Below, piece after piece: positions 1-8,649 of a stretch of DNA of 30,920 nucleotides. Each line of letters starts with the position of its first letter. The stretch's first letter is position 1. The DNA comes from an uncultured Bacteroides sp. (GTDB lineage: Bacteria; Bacteroidota; Bacteroidia; Bacteroidales; JACABE01). A program made the translations under genes and the position numbers. The notes beneath the pieces were generated by a model. The model was given only the letters and a program-made list of their open reading frames with translations, had not been told where the DNA came from and did not search any database. The DNA is taken from assembly GCA_964437995.1 (NCBI GenBank), contig CAYTJB010000007.1:1-30920 (forward strand). Reading direction: 5' to 3'.

Positions 1-2
1 CT

Positions 3-1649
3 GACGGCAGAAATATTCCTGATTTTATCCGCAATGTAGTAGAACCTATCAATAATCTAAAAGGCGACGATTTGCCTGTAAGTGCTTTTCTTGGTAGAGA
101 AGACGGTACTTTTCCTGCAGGCACTTCTGCTTACGAAAAACGCGGTATTGCCGTTAACGTTCCTGAATGGTTGCCCGAAAATTGTATCCAATGTAATCAA
201 TGTGCTTATGTATGTCCTCACGCTGCTATCCGTCCGTTCCTTTTAGATGAAAAAGAAATGAAAAATGCACCCGCAGGGATCAAAACTATTAAAGCAATTG
301 GTAAAGAATTGGCAGGTCTTGAATTTAAAATTCAAGTAACACCATTGGATTGTACCGGTTGTGGTAACTGTGTTGATGTTTGCCCTGCTAAAACAAAGGC
401 GTTGGAAATGAAACCATTGGCAACACAAATGCCCGAAACCAAAAATTGGGATTACTTAATTGAAAAAGTATCTTACAAAACCGAATTAGCTCCAAGAGAA
501 AAAACATTCAAAAACAGCCAGTTTGCACAACCATTGTTTGAGTTCTCCGGTGCTTGTGCAGGTTGTGGCGAAACTCCATACATTAAATTAATTACCCAAT
601 TATTTGGCGAAAGAATGATGGTTGCCAATGCGACCGGATGTTCTTCTATCTATGGCGGTTCAGCTCCATCAATGCCTTATTGCAAAAATAAAGAAGGTCA
701 AGGTCCGGCATGGGCTAACTCATTGTTTGAAGATAATGCTGAGTATGGTTTTGGAATGGTTACTGCTGTTAACAAATTACGCAACAGACTTGTGCAAATA
801 ATGAAAGATGCTCAAAACTGTACTTGCTGTTCAACAGAGTTAAAAGGCTTATTCTTAGAATGGATTGCTAACAAAGAAGACGCTGCAAAATCAAAGGAAA
901 TAAGCGACAAAATACTTCCAATGGTTGAAAAATGCGATTGCGAATCTTGCAAATCTATCTATCAACTTCGTCAATACTTGGTAAAAAAATCAGTTTGGGT
1001 ATTTGGTGGCGATGGTTGGGCTTACGATATTGGATATGGTGGTTTAGACCACGTATTGGCTTCGGGCGACGACATCAACGTTTTGGTTATGGATACCGAA
1101 GTTTATTCTAATACAGGCGGTCAATCTTCAAAATCTACTCCGGTAGGTGCTGTGGCTAAATTTGCTGCATCAGGCAAAAGAATTCGCAAAAAAGATTTAG
1201 GTGCTATGGCAATGACTTACGGTTACGTTTATGTAGCTCAAGTTGCGATGGGTGCTAATCAAAGTCAGTATTTCAGAGCATTGAAAGAAGCAGAAGCATT
1301 CCCTGGACCATCTCTTATTATTGCTTATGCTCCATGTATCAATCATGGTTTAAAAAATGGTATGGGCAAAACGCAGGAAGAAGCTAAATTAGCTGTTGAA
1401 TGCGGTTACTGGCACTTATATCGTTACAATCCTGCATTGGCTGAAGAAGGTAAAAATCCATTTATTTTAGATTCGAAAGAACCAGAATGGGATAAATTTC
1501 AAGATTTCTTAAACAGCGAAGTACGTTATACTACGTTGAAGAAAACTTTCCCAGCCGAAGCTACCGAACTCTTCAAAAAAGCACAAGAAAATGCAAAATG
1601 GAGATACGACGGTTACAAACGTTTTGCTGGTATGGATTACACTAAATAA
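3..1649 (+). CDS. nifJ: Pyruvate:ferredoxin (flavodoxin) oxidoreductase, C-terminal part (5' truncated by window edge)
   Basis: Frame is open from base 3 (DGRNIPDFIRNVVEPINNLKGDDLPVSAF...). Two 4Fe-4S motifs (CIQCNQCAYVCP, CTGCGNCVDVCP), GACAGCGE, ANATGCSSIYG, TPP-binding GGDGWAYDIG and YSNTGGQ. Confidence 0.97.
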   Translation, partial: DGRNIPDFIRNVVEPINNLKGDDLPVSAFLGREDGTFPAGTSAYEKRGIAVNVPEWLPENCIQCNQCAYVCPHAAIRPFLLDEKEMKNAPAGIKTIKAIGKELAGLEFKIQVTPLDCTGCGNCVDVCPAKTKALEMKPLATQMPETKNWDYLIEKVSYKTELAPREKTFKNSQFAQPLFEFSGACAGCGETPYIKLITQLFGERMMVANATGCSSIYGGSAPSMPYCKNKEGQGPAWANSLFEDNAEYGFGMVTAVNKLRNRLVQIMKDAQNCTCCSTELKGLFLEWIANKEDAAKSKEISDKILPMVEKCDCESCKSIYQLRQYLVKKSVWVFGGDGWAYDIGYGGLDHVLASGDDINVLVMDTEVYSNTGGQSSKSTPVGAVAKFAASGKRIRKKDLGAMAMTYGYVYVAQVAMGANQSQYFRALKEAEAFPGPSLIIAYAPCINHGLKNGMGKTQEEAKLAVECGYWHLYRYNPALAEEGKNPFILDSKEPEWDKFQDFLNSEVRYTTLKKTFPAEATELFKKAQENAKWRYDGYKRFAGMDYTK

Positions 1650-1670
1650 AAGTATTTTTTCAAATACATA

Positions 1671-1707
1671 AAAAGAGCCGTTTTGCATTCAGCGAAACGG
1701 CTCTTTT
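1671..1707 (+). terminator. Intrinsic terminator after nifJ (possibly bidirectional)
   Basis: Perfect 13-bp inverted repeat AAAAGAGCCGTTT (1671-1683) / AAACGGCTCTTTT (1695-1707), with A- and T-tracts at the ends, 21 bp after the stop. Confidence 0.85.
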
Positions 1708-1860
1708 AGGTTTATCACTAATATCAGAATAAATTATAAACTAATTTAATAAATTTAAGGTATAATGCCGATTAGAAATAGGTTAAAGTTCCAAGAGTGG
1801 TAGCGAATTGGACTATTACATCTTTCATTTTGGGATAAAGTGAAGAATACGTTAAAAAAA

Positions 1861-1969
1861 TCATTATCTTTGCGTCAGTTTTAGCCTTGTTGGTTCACTA
1901 TTTCTATTGTAACTGACAAGGCGAAGCTGTGTATATACTTTAGCAATTTGCTTTATAAATAACTGATAT
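1861..1969 (+). promoter_or_regulatory. Conserved polysaccharide-operon leader copy 1 (hairpin + ops/JUMPstart-like element)
   Basis: Ungapped match to 28446-28554 (84/109 identical by hand count). Stem TTAGCCTTGTTGG (1881-1893) / CTGACAAGGCGAA (1913-1925); ops-like GGCGAAGCTGTG (1920-1931); TAAATAACTGATAT (1956-1969). Confidence 0.75.
1865..1872 (+). promoter_or_regulatory. Bacteroidota sigma-A -7 box (TAnnTTTG), operon 1
   Basis: TATCTTTG matches the TAnnTTTG consensus. The second leader copy has TATTTTTG at the same relative position. No clear -33 box seen. Confidence 0.65.
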
Positions 1970-2115
1970 ACAAATACAATTTTTAAAAATATGAATACAA
2001 GCGTTTTGATTTTTTTTAATTACGGCATATCTAAAATAAATTAAAAAATGAGTTTCCTAAGACTTTTAACAAATATTCAGATTTCAACATAGTATAAAGC
2101 GAAAAAACATTTTTT

Positions 2116-2457
2116 ATGCAAATTATTTCAGAACCAATTTTATTAAAATTTATTTGGGAAAACAAAACAACTGATTTTACTGAGTTAATAAAAATCGTTG
2201 TTGATGTAAATAAGAAGATAATAGCTATTGATGCAGAAATGCATGCAGATCTTGAAAATCTTTTATTATTGAATAATTCAGAACAGCAGAATTTATGGGG
2301 TGCAAATATTTATCCGTTTAAATACGAAGATGATTATATTGAATACACCTCATTTATAAACATTCGTCCTTCGCAAAATAATAGGAGCATGGAAGTAATA
2401 GATACTGAAATTCGAGAAAAAATCAAGCAAATAGTAAATCATTTATTAATCCAATAA
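2116..2457 (+). CDS. DUF5674-family protein
   Basis: Motifs IKIVVDV, IAIDAEMHADLE, LWGANIYP, INIRPSQNNRSM recognised as typical of DUF5674. Confidence 0.75.
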   Translation: MQIISEPILLKFIWENKTTDFTELIKIVVDVNKKIIAIDAEMHADLENLLLLNNSEQQNLWGANIYPFKYEDDYIEYTSFINIRPSQNNRSMEVIDTEIREKIKQIVNHLLIQ

Positions 2458-2460
2458 CAA

Positions 2461-2808
2461 ATGTATGCACTCATTTATCATAAGATGCTAACCGTAGAGA
2501 AATGGAATGCATACCCCAAAATGCAGCAAATATTAATGATTTCAAATGAATTGAATAGAGCAAAAAATTGGATTCTTAAAAATCAAAACACGGAAACAAA
2601 TTTGGCTTACGAACGAGCATTTGAGCTAATTGATTTATCTTTAATGGATGTAAAATGGGAATCTTCTCGAAAAGAATTACTTAGGCTTAAAGAAACCTTA
2701 GGTGAATTATATTGCCAATCACAAAAAGATATTGCCAAAAACAACTTGTGTTTACAGCTATTAATATCATTTAGCTCCGAATCGTATAACTTACTTAACA
2801 GCAGATAG
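2461..2808 (+). CDS. Small all-helical hypothetical protein
   Basis: 115-aa ORF 3 bp after DUF5674. Amphipathic helical segments (QILMISNELNRAKNW, YERAFELIDLSL, KELLRLKETLGELY). Function not recognised. Confidence 0.7.
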   Translation: MYALIYHKMLTVEKWNAYPKMQQILMISNELNRAKNWILKNQNTETNLAYERAFELIDLSLMDVKWESSRKELLRLKETLGELYCQSQKDIAKNNLCLQLLISFSSESYNLLNSR

Positions 2809-2832
2809 TATAAAAAATATTATTTTGAAACA

Positions 2833-3231
2833 ATGCAAGCAATTATAATCCAACTTCCTAAAATTGAGGATGAACGCGGCAATCTTTCTTTTATTGAGGA
2901 AGAAAAACACATTCCTTTTAAAATTGAACGCACTTATTGGATATACGATGTGCCAGGTGGACAAATTAGAGGTGGTCATGCTTTTAAAGAACAGCAAGAA
3001 TTGATAGTGGCTCTTTCGGGTAGTTTTGATGTGATAGTAGATGATGGTAAACAAAAACAAACTTTTTCGCTAAACCGCTCTTACTATGGCTTATATATTC
3101 CAGCTGGTTTGTGGCGACAAATGGAAAATTTTTCTACTAATTCATTGGCATTGGTGCTAAGCTCTACACAATATAGCGTAGATGATTATATTTACGATTA
3201 TGAGCAGTTCTTAAAAATCTGTGTATTATGA
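2833..3231 (+). CDS. fdtA: dTDP-4-keto-6-deoxyhexose 3,4-ketoisomerase (FdtA/QdtA/WxcM-like cupin), copy 1
   Basis: DERGNLSFIE, RGGHAFK, SGSFDV, GLWRQMENFS and DDYIYDYEQF motifs. Confidence 0.85.
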   Translation: MQAIIIQLPKIEDERGNLSFIEEEKHIPFKIERTYWIYDVPGGQIRGGHAFKEQQELIVALSGSFDVIVDDGKQKQTFSLNRSYYGLYIPAGLWRQMENFSTNSLALVLSSTQYSVDDYIYDYEQFLKICVL

Positions 3232-3644
3232 AAAATAGCGTGAACGACTGTATAGTAATACCTTTAAACAAAATACACAATAGGGCTGGAAATATTACTA
3301 TAGTTGAAGGACAAGCGAAAATACCTTTTGAAGTAAAAAGAGTTTATTATCTTTACGACATACCAGGTGGCGAAGCTCGGGGTGGCCATGCTCATAAAGA
3401 ACTACAGCAGTTAATTGTTGCAGCAAGTGGTTCTTTTGATGTTTTACTTGATGATGGGTTAAATAAAAAAATAATAACACTCAATAGACCAGATTATGGA
3501 TTATTAGTAGTTCCGTGTATATGGCGTGAGCTTATGGCATTTTCTTCTGGAGCTATTTGTTTAGCAATTGCTTCAGAAAAATATAATGAAGATGATTATA
3601 TAAGAATCCACGAATCTTTTTTAGAATTTAGGAAAAATGATTGA
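3228..3644 (+). CDS. fdtA: dTDP-4-keto-6-deoxyhexose 3,4-ketoisomerase (FdtA/QdtA-like cupin), copy 2
   Basis: NRAGNITIVE, RVYYLYDIPGG, RGGHAHKEL, IWRELMAFSSG and YNEDDYIR motifs. ATGA overlap with copy 1. Confidence 0.85.
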   Translation: MKNSVNDCIVIPLNKIHNRAGNITIVEGQAKIPFEVKRVYYLYDIPGGEARGGHAHKELQQLIVAASGSFDVLLDDGLNKKIITLNRPDYGLLVVPCIWRELMAFSSGAICLAIASEKYNEDDYIRIHESFLEFRKND

Positions 3645-4575
3645 AGTTAGAAAATATACTGCTGATGAAAAAGCCAATTGGGATAAAATGCTTGCTTTTT
3701 CTAAAGCTGACACTTTCTTGTTTTATCGCGATTTTATGGATTATCATTCTGATAGATTTCGTGACAATTCATTTATGATTTACCGAAAAGGTAAATTGGA
3801 AGCTTTACTCCCGGGAAATATAAGTGGCAATATATTTTACTCACACCAAGGTTTAACTTATGGTGGTTTAATTTCAACTTTAAAAATCGCAACAGACGAT
3901 GTTATTCAATCATTTAAAACAATTAATAAGATATTAAAAGCTGATGGGATTACAGAAGTAATTTATAAACCACTTCCAACAATTTACCATCATTATCCAT
4001 CTCAAGAAGATATTTATGCTTTATTTCGGCTTGGTGCCGAAAAAATTGGATGTAATCTCTCATCAACAATATTTCAAAATAATAAATCTGCTTTTAACGA
4101 ATCTCGTAAAAGTGGTGTTAGGAAAGCCCAAAAAGAAGGTGTTCTTATTAAAGAATCTGAGAATTTTTCTGAGTTTTGGAAGGTTTTAGAAATTAATCTT
4201 TTAAAGCTTTACGAAAAAAAACCAGTTCATTCTCTTGATGAAATTATTTTTTTAAAATCAAAATTTCCTAATAACATAAAACTATACAATTGTTTAAAAG
4301 ATAATAAGGTTATTGGAGGCTGCCTATTGTTTATTATGAAAAATATTGTTCATGTACAATACATTTCAGCTAATGATACAGGTAAATCAATGGGTGCAAT
4401 TGATTTACTTTTTGATAAATTAATTAATGATTTATACCATCAAGTTCCAATTTTTGATTTCGGGCATTCTACTGAAAATATGGGTAATTTACTAAATGAA
4501 AACCTAATTTTTCAAAAAGAAGGATTTGGAGGGCGAGGAATTGCTTATGATATTTATAAATACAAAATTTTGTAA
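3637..4575 (+). CDS. GNAT/FemAB-like N-acyltransferase
   Basis: FLFYRDFMDYHSDRF, HQGLTYGG, FDFGHSTE and FQKEGFGGRG pattern typical of GNAT-fold proteins next to fdtA in Bacteroidota loci. Confidence 0.7.
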   Translation: MIEVRKYTADEKANWDKMLAFSKADTFLFYRDFMDYHSDRFRDNSFMIYRKGKLEALLPGNISGNIFYSHQGLTYGGLISTLKIATDDVIQSFKTINKILKADGITEVIYKPLPTIYHHYPSQEDIYALFRLGAEKIGCNLSSTIFQNNKSAFNESRKSGVRKAQKEGVLIKESENFSEFWKVLEINLLKLYEKKPVHSLDEIIFLKSKFPNNIKLYNCLKDNKVIGGCLLFIMKNIVHVQYISANDTGKSMGAIDLLFDKLINDLYHQVPIFDFGHSTENMGNLLNENLIFQKEGFGGRGIAYDIYKYKIL

Positions 4576-4595
4576 TTAATCCTTATTTCGAATTA

Positions 4596-5471
4596 TTGCC
4601 CGATTATAAAATCTGTCCTTTTTCAAATAACGATTTATTAACGAACAGATTACTTCCCAAAAGTAATAAAATTGATGATTTTTTTTCATCAAGATTTCCT
4701 CAAAAAAAATACATATATACTTCAACTGGAAGAGAAGCTATTTATTTAGCTTTAGAAAGCTATAAACTTCAAGCTAACGATGTAGTTACAATTATTACTA
4801 CTACTGATAATTATTATATTAGTGGCTGTGTAACCAACGAGATTGAAAAGTTTTGTAAATGGTCAAGAGTTATTGAACAAAACACAAAGCTTCTTTTTGT
4901 AAATCATGAGTTTGGCTATCCTTATGAGGAACTGCTTGAATTAAAAAAATATCAGTTGCCCATAATTGAAGATTGTGCACATTCATTTTTTTCAAGTGAT
5001 AAAAAAAACATAATTGGTACAGTTGGAGATTATGTAATTTATAGCTTTCCAAAAATTTTTCCTATACAAATAGGAGGATTATTGGTAAACAACGCTAACA
5101 ATGAACTATTAAAAAAAAGCGTGTTAGGAGAAAGCGAATGCAAATATATTAAAAACGTGCTTTCTTATTACATTCAAAGCAAGGACGAAATTATTGATAA
5201 ACGCTTGCATAACTATTTATATCTATCAACCAAATTCAAGGAATTAGGATTTACAGAACGTTTTGAACTTACAGATGATATAGTGCCTGGTGTTTTTATG
5301 TTCCAAAAAGGCAGTCATAAAATTGAATTGCCCGAATTTAAAAAATATTTTTATGCTCATGGCATTCAGTGTAGTGTTTTTTACGGAGAAGAATCGTTTT
5401 TTTTACCTGTTCATCAAGCATTGAATGAGGATGACCTTGATTATTTTATTGAAGTAATGAAATCTTTTTAA
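4596..5471 (+). CDS. Compact DegT/DnrJ/EryC1/StrS-like PLP-dependent protein (start uncertain)
   Basis: HEFG, IIEDCAHS, YSFPKIFPIQIGG and C-terminal LPVHQ motifs. About 290 aa, shorter than typical family members. TTG start called, but the frame is open from 4560. Confidence 0.7.
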   Translation: MPDYKICPFSNNDLLTNRLLPKSNKIDDFFSSRFPQKKYIYTSTGREAIYLALESYKLQANDVVTIITTTDNYYISGCVTNEIEKFCKWSRVIEQNTKLLFVNHEFGYPYEELLELKKYQLPIIEDCAHSFFSSDKKNIIGTVGDYVIYSFPKIFPIQIGGLLVNNANNELLKKSVLGESECKYIKNVLSYYIQSKDEIIDKRLHNYLYLSTKFKELGFTERFELTDDIVPGVFMFQKGSHKIELPEFKKYFYAHGIQCSVFYGEESFFLPVHQALNEDDLDYFIEVMKSF

Positions 5472-5484
5472 AACAATAAAAATA

Positions 5485-5988
5485 ATGAAATTTGCAAATA
5501 TAACTTTAGGTTCTGATGTAGAAATCGATCCTTCAACTTCTTTCAATAATGTAATTATTGGAGATTATGTCAAAATTGCCAAGCGATGCAGTATTTTTGG
5601 CAGCCCTAATAATTTGCTCGAAATAGGTGCAAATTCAATTATTTCGATGAATAGTATTATAAACGGTTTTGCAGCTAAAGTAACAATAGGGAAAAACGTT
5701 GGAATTGGTCAAAATACAAACATAATGGCTGACTCTGGACCAACTAATTCGCCAGAAATGTTAAAAGTTTTTCCACTCGAAAAGGGTCCTATAAATATTG
5801 GAGATCACTGTTGGATTGGTGCAAGTGTAATTATTATGCCTAATGTTTCATTAGGTAATTATTGTGTTGTGGCTGCAAATAGTTTTGTAAATAAATCTTT
5901 TCCTACATTCTCAATCATTGGCGGGAACCCTGCAAAATTGATACGAAATTTCACAAAAGAAGAAATAAAAAAAATTCAAGGGAAATGA
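5485..5988 (+). CDS. Hexapeptide-repeat (left-handed beta-helix) acyltransferase, candidate amino-sugar N-acyltransferase
   Basis: Repeated [LIV]G-x-x-x-x-[IV] hexapeptides, [18 protein letters not shown]. Confidence 0.8.
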   Translation: MKFANITLGSDVEIDPSTSFNNVIIGDYVKIAKRCSIFGSPNNLLEIGANSIISMNSIINGFAAKVTIGKNVGIGQNTNIMADSGPTNSPEMLKVFPLEKGPINIGDHCWIGASVIIMPNVSLGNYCVVAANSFVNKSFPTFSIIGGNPAKLIRNFTKEEIKKIQGK

Positions 5989-7118
5989 TTAAATTTCTTG
6001 ACTTACAAAAAATAAATGCACAATATACCGAGGAACTCAAATCGGCATCAGCTCGAGTAATTGATAGTGGCTGGTACTTGTTGGGTAAGGAAGTAAAAAC
6101 CTTTGAATCTCATTTAGCAGAATTTGTTGGTGTAAAACATGCCATTGGTTTTGCTAATGGATTAGATGCCTTACGTTTAATACTAAAAGCCTACATAGAA
6201 ATGGGTGTAATGCAGGAAGGCGATGAAATTATTGTTCCTGCAAATACATATATTGCTTCTATATTGGCAATAACTGATAATCGGCTAAAGCCTGTTTTGG
6301 TTGAACCAAATATAAAAACCTATAATCTTGATATTTCTCTAATAGAACAACACATAACTTCTCGTACCCGTGCCATAATGGTTGTACATCTATACGGACA
6401 AGTATGCTGGAGTGAAGAAATGGAAGCTATTGCAAATAAGCATAATCTTAAAATTATTGAAGACAATGCACAAGCTATTGGAGCAAGCTACAGTTATCAG
6501 TCGTCGGATATAAAAAAGACAGGTACTTTAGGCGATGCAGCGGGTTTTAGCTTTTATCCTGGTAAAAATCTGGGTGCATTGGGCGATGCTGGAGCTGTTA
6601 CAACTAATAATGATGAATTAGCGGAAGTAATTCGTGCTTTAGGAAATTATGGAAGCAAACAAAAATACATTAATCATTATCAAGGTTTAAATAGCCGCTT
6701 AGATGAAATTCAAGCGGTTTTTTTGGATGTAAAATTAAAATATATTGATGCAGAAACCCAACGAAGAAGAGAAATTGCTCAGTATTATTGTGAAAACATT
6801 AAACACCCTGAAATAATTTTACCAATATTAGCTAACAGCCAACAGCTAATAGCTAATAATCATGTCTGGCATCTTTTCGTAATTAGAACAAAAAATCGCG
6901 AAAAACTACAAAACTATCTTACTCAAAATGATATCGAAACGCTAATTCATTATCCTATACCACCGCATAAACAACTTGCATATAAAGAATGGAATAAAAT
7001 AAATCTTCCAATAACAGAAAAAATTCACGATGAGGTGTTGAGTTTGCCAATAAGCCCTATTATGAAAAAAACTGAAGTAGAGTTTATTGTAAAAATTATA
7101 AATAATTACCAGTCATAA
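5985..7118 (+). CDS. fdtB: dTDP-3-amino-3,6-dideoxyhexose aminotransferase (FdtB/QdtB, DegT family)
   Basis: MIKFLDL start, [58 protein letters not shown]. Confidence 0.88.
   Translation: MIKFLDLQKINAQYTEELKSASARVIDSGWYLLGKEVKTFESHLAEFVGVKHAIGFANGLDALRLILKAYIEMGVMQEGDEIIVPANTYIASILAITDNRLKPVLVEPNIKTYNLDISLIEQHITSRTRAIMVVHLYGQVCWSEEMEAIANKHNLKIIEDNAQAIGASYSYQSSDIKKTGTLGDAAGFSFYPGKNLGALGDAGAVTTNNDELAEVIRALGNYGSKQKYINHYQGLNSRLDEIQAVFLDVKLKYIDAETQRRREIAQYYCENIKHPEIILPILANSQQLIANNHVWHLFVIRTKNREKLQNYLTQNDIETLIHYPIPPHKQLAYKEWNKINLPITEKIHDEVLSLPISPIMKKTEVEFIVKIINNYQS
6832..6859 (+). repeat. Heptamer tandem array CYAAYAG inside fdtB (4 units)
   Basis: CTAACAG CCAACAG CTAATAG CTAATAA, read directly; encodes ANSQQLIAN. 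Confidence 0.8.
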
Positions 7119-7155
7119 TATTTTTTATAAGTAAGCATTAATTTCCAACTACTTA

Positions 7156-8646
7156 ATGACGAACCAACAATCCTCCTATCGCCAAATTTTTAAAGCAACA
7201 TCACTTTTCGGCGGTGTGCAGGTTTTTAGTATAATTATTAACATTATCCGATCTAAGTTTATTGCAATACTACTAGGCCCATTAGGCATGGGTATCTATG
7301 GTTTGCTTACAACAACCACAAGTTTAATTGGCGGATTAACTAATTTTGGATTGGGAATTAGTGCAGTAAAAGATGTAGCTACCGCCAATAGCTCAGGAAA
7401 TGAAACACGAATTGCAACAGTAGTAACCGTAATAAAACGTTTGGTTTGGGTTACAGGAACTTTAGGTGCTGTGGTTATGCTAGTATTATCTCAATGGTTA
7501 AGTCAGCTTACTTTTGGTAATTATGATTACACCTTAGCATTTATTTGGATCTCAATTACCCTTTTGTTTAATCAACTAAGTACAGGTCAATTAGTTGTTC
7601 TTCAAGGAATGCGTAAACTGCATTACCTTGCAAAAGCAAGTTTGCTGGGTAGTGCATTGGGATTAATTATTACTATTCCTTTGTATTATAGGTTTGGTAT
7701 TGATGGTATTGTTCCTTCAATAATTATCGCTTCACTAATATCACTGTTACTTTCGTGGTATTTTGCAAAAAAAGTTAAAATAAATGCTATAAAAGTATCA
7801 AGAGTAAGAACGATAGTAGAAAGTAAAAAAATGCTTTTTCTCGGCTTTATGATTAGCCTTAGTGGGCTAATTTCGCTCGGAGCATCGTCTGTTTTACGAA
7901 TTTATATCAGTAATATCGGTGGTGTTGAGCAAGTTGGATTATATACAGCTGGATTTGCCATTATTAACGGTTATGTTGGTTTAATTTTTACTGCCATGGC
8001 AACTGACTATTACCCACGTCTTTCGGGAGTAGCCAATAGCAATATTCTTTGCAAACAAACTATTAATCAACAAGCCGAAATAGCAATGTTACTTTTAGCT
8101 CCCATAATATTGATTTTTATTACATTTATCAATTGGGTTATTATTTTGCTATATTCCAAACAATTTATCACAATAAACGACATGATTTATTGGGCGGCAT
8201 TAGGAATGTTTTTTAAAGCTGCCAGTTGGTCAATCGCATATATTTTATTAGCTAAAGGGGCTTCTAAACTTTTTTTTTGGAATGAACTGATAGGGAATAT
8301 GTATGGTTTAGGGCTAAATATACTTGGGTATTATTTTATGGGCTTAACTGGTTTGGGGATTTCTTTTATGTTAGGTTACTTACTTTACTTAATACAAGTT
8401 TTTATTTTAAGTAAAATAAAATACCAATTTTCTTTCAATCTTGCTTTTCTTCGCATTTTTGTTGTTCAGTTTTTGCTGGCAATATCTTGTTTCTTTGTAA
8501 TAAAACTTTTTGGTGGTATAAGTTCTTATGTAATTGGGATGGGGTTAATATTGATTTCGGCTTGGTATTCTTATAATGAGTTGGATAAACGATTAGGGCT
8601 AAAAGAAATTTTTCTTAGTTTTAAGAATAAAACTTTTAAAAAGTAG
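7156..8646 (+). CDS. wzx: O-antigen/polysaccharide flippase
   Basis: 496 aa, about 12-14 hydrophobic segments. SSYRQIFKATSLFGGVQ N-terminus and DYYPRLS motif typical of Bacteroidota O-antigen translocases. Confidence 0.9.
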   Translation: MTNQQSSYRQIFKATSLFGGVQVFSIIINIIRSKFIAILLGPLGMGIYGLLTTTTSLIGGLTNFGLGISAVKDVATANSSGNETRIATVVTVIKRLVWVTGTLGAVVMLVLSQWLSQLTFGNYDYTLAFIWISITLLFNQLSTGQLVVLQGMRKLHYLAKASLLGSALGLIITIPLYYRFGIDGIVPSIIIASLISLLLSWYFAKKVKINAIKVSRVRTIVESKKMLFLGFMISLSGLISLGASSVLRIYISNIGGVEQVGLYTAGFAIINGYVGLIFTAMATDYYPRLSGVANSNILCKQTINQQAEIAMLLLAPIILIFITFINWVIILLYSKQFITINDMIYWAALGMFFKAASWSIAYILLAKGASKLFFWNELIGNMYGLGLNILGYYFMGLTGLGISFMLGYLLYLIQVFILSKIKYQFSFNLAFLRIFVVQFLLAISCFFVIKLFGGISSYVIGMGLILISAWYSYNELDKRLGLKEIFLSFKNKTFKK

Positions 8647-8649
8647 ATT

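Noticed and set aside
1710-2115. Invertible promoter (Mpi/tyrosine-recombinase type) upstream of operon 1
   Set aside because: No pair of inverted repeats bracketing the -7 box could be found, and no recombinase is in the window.
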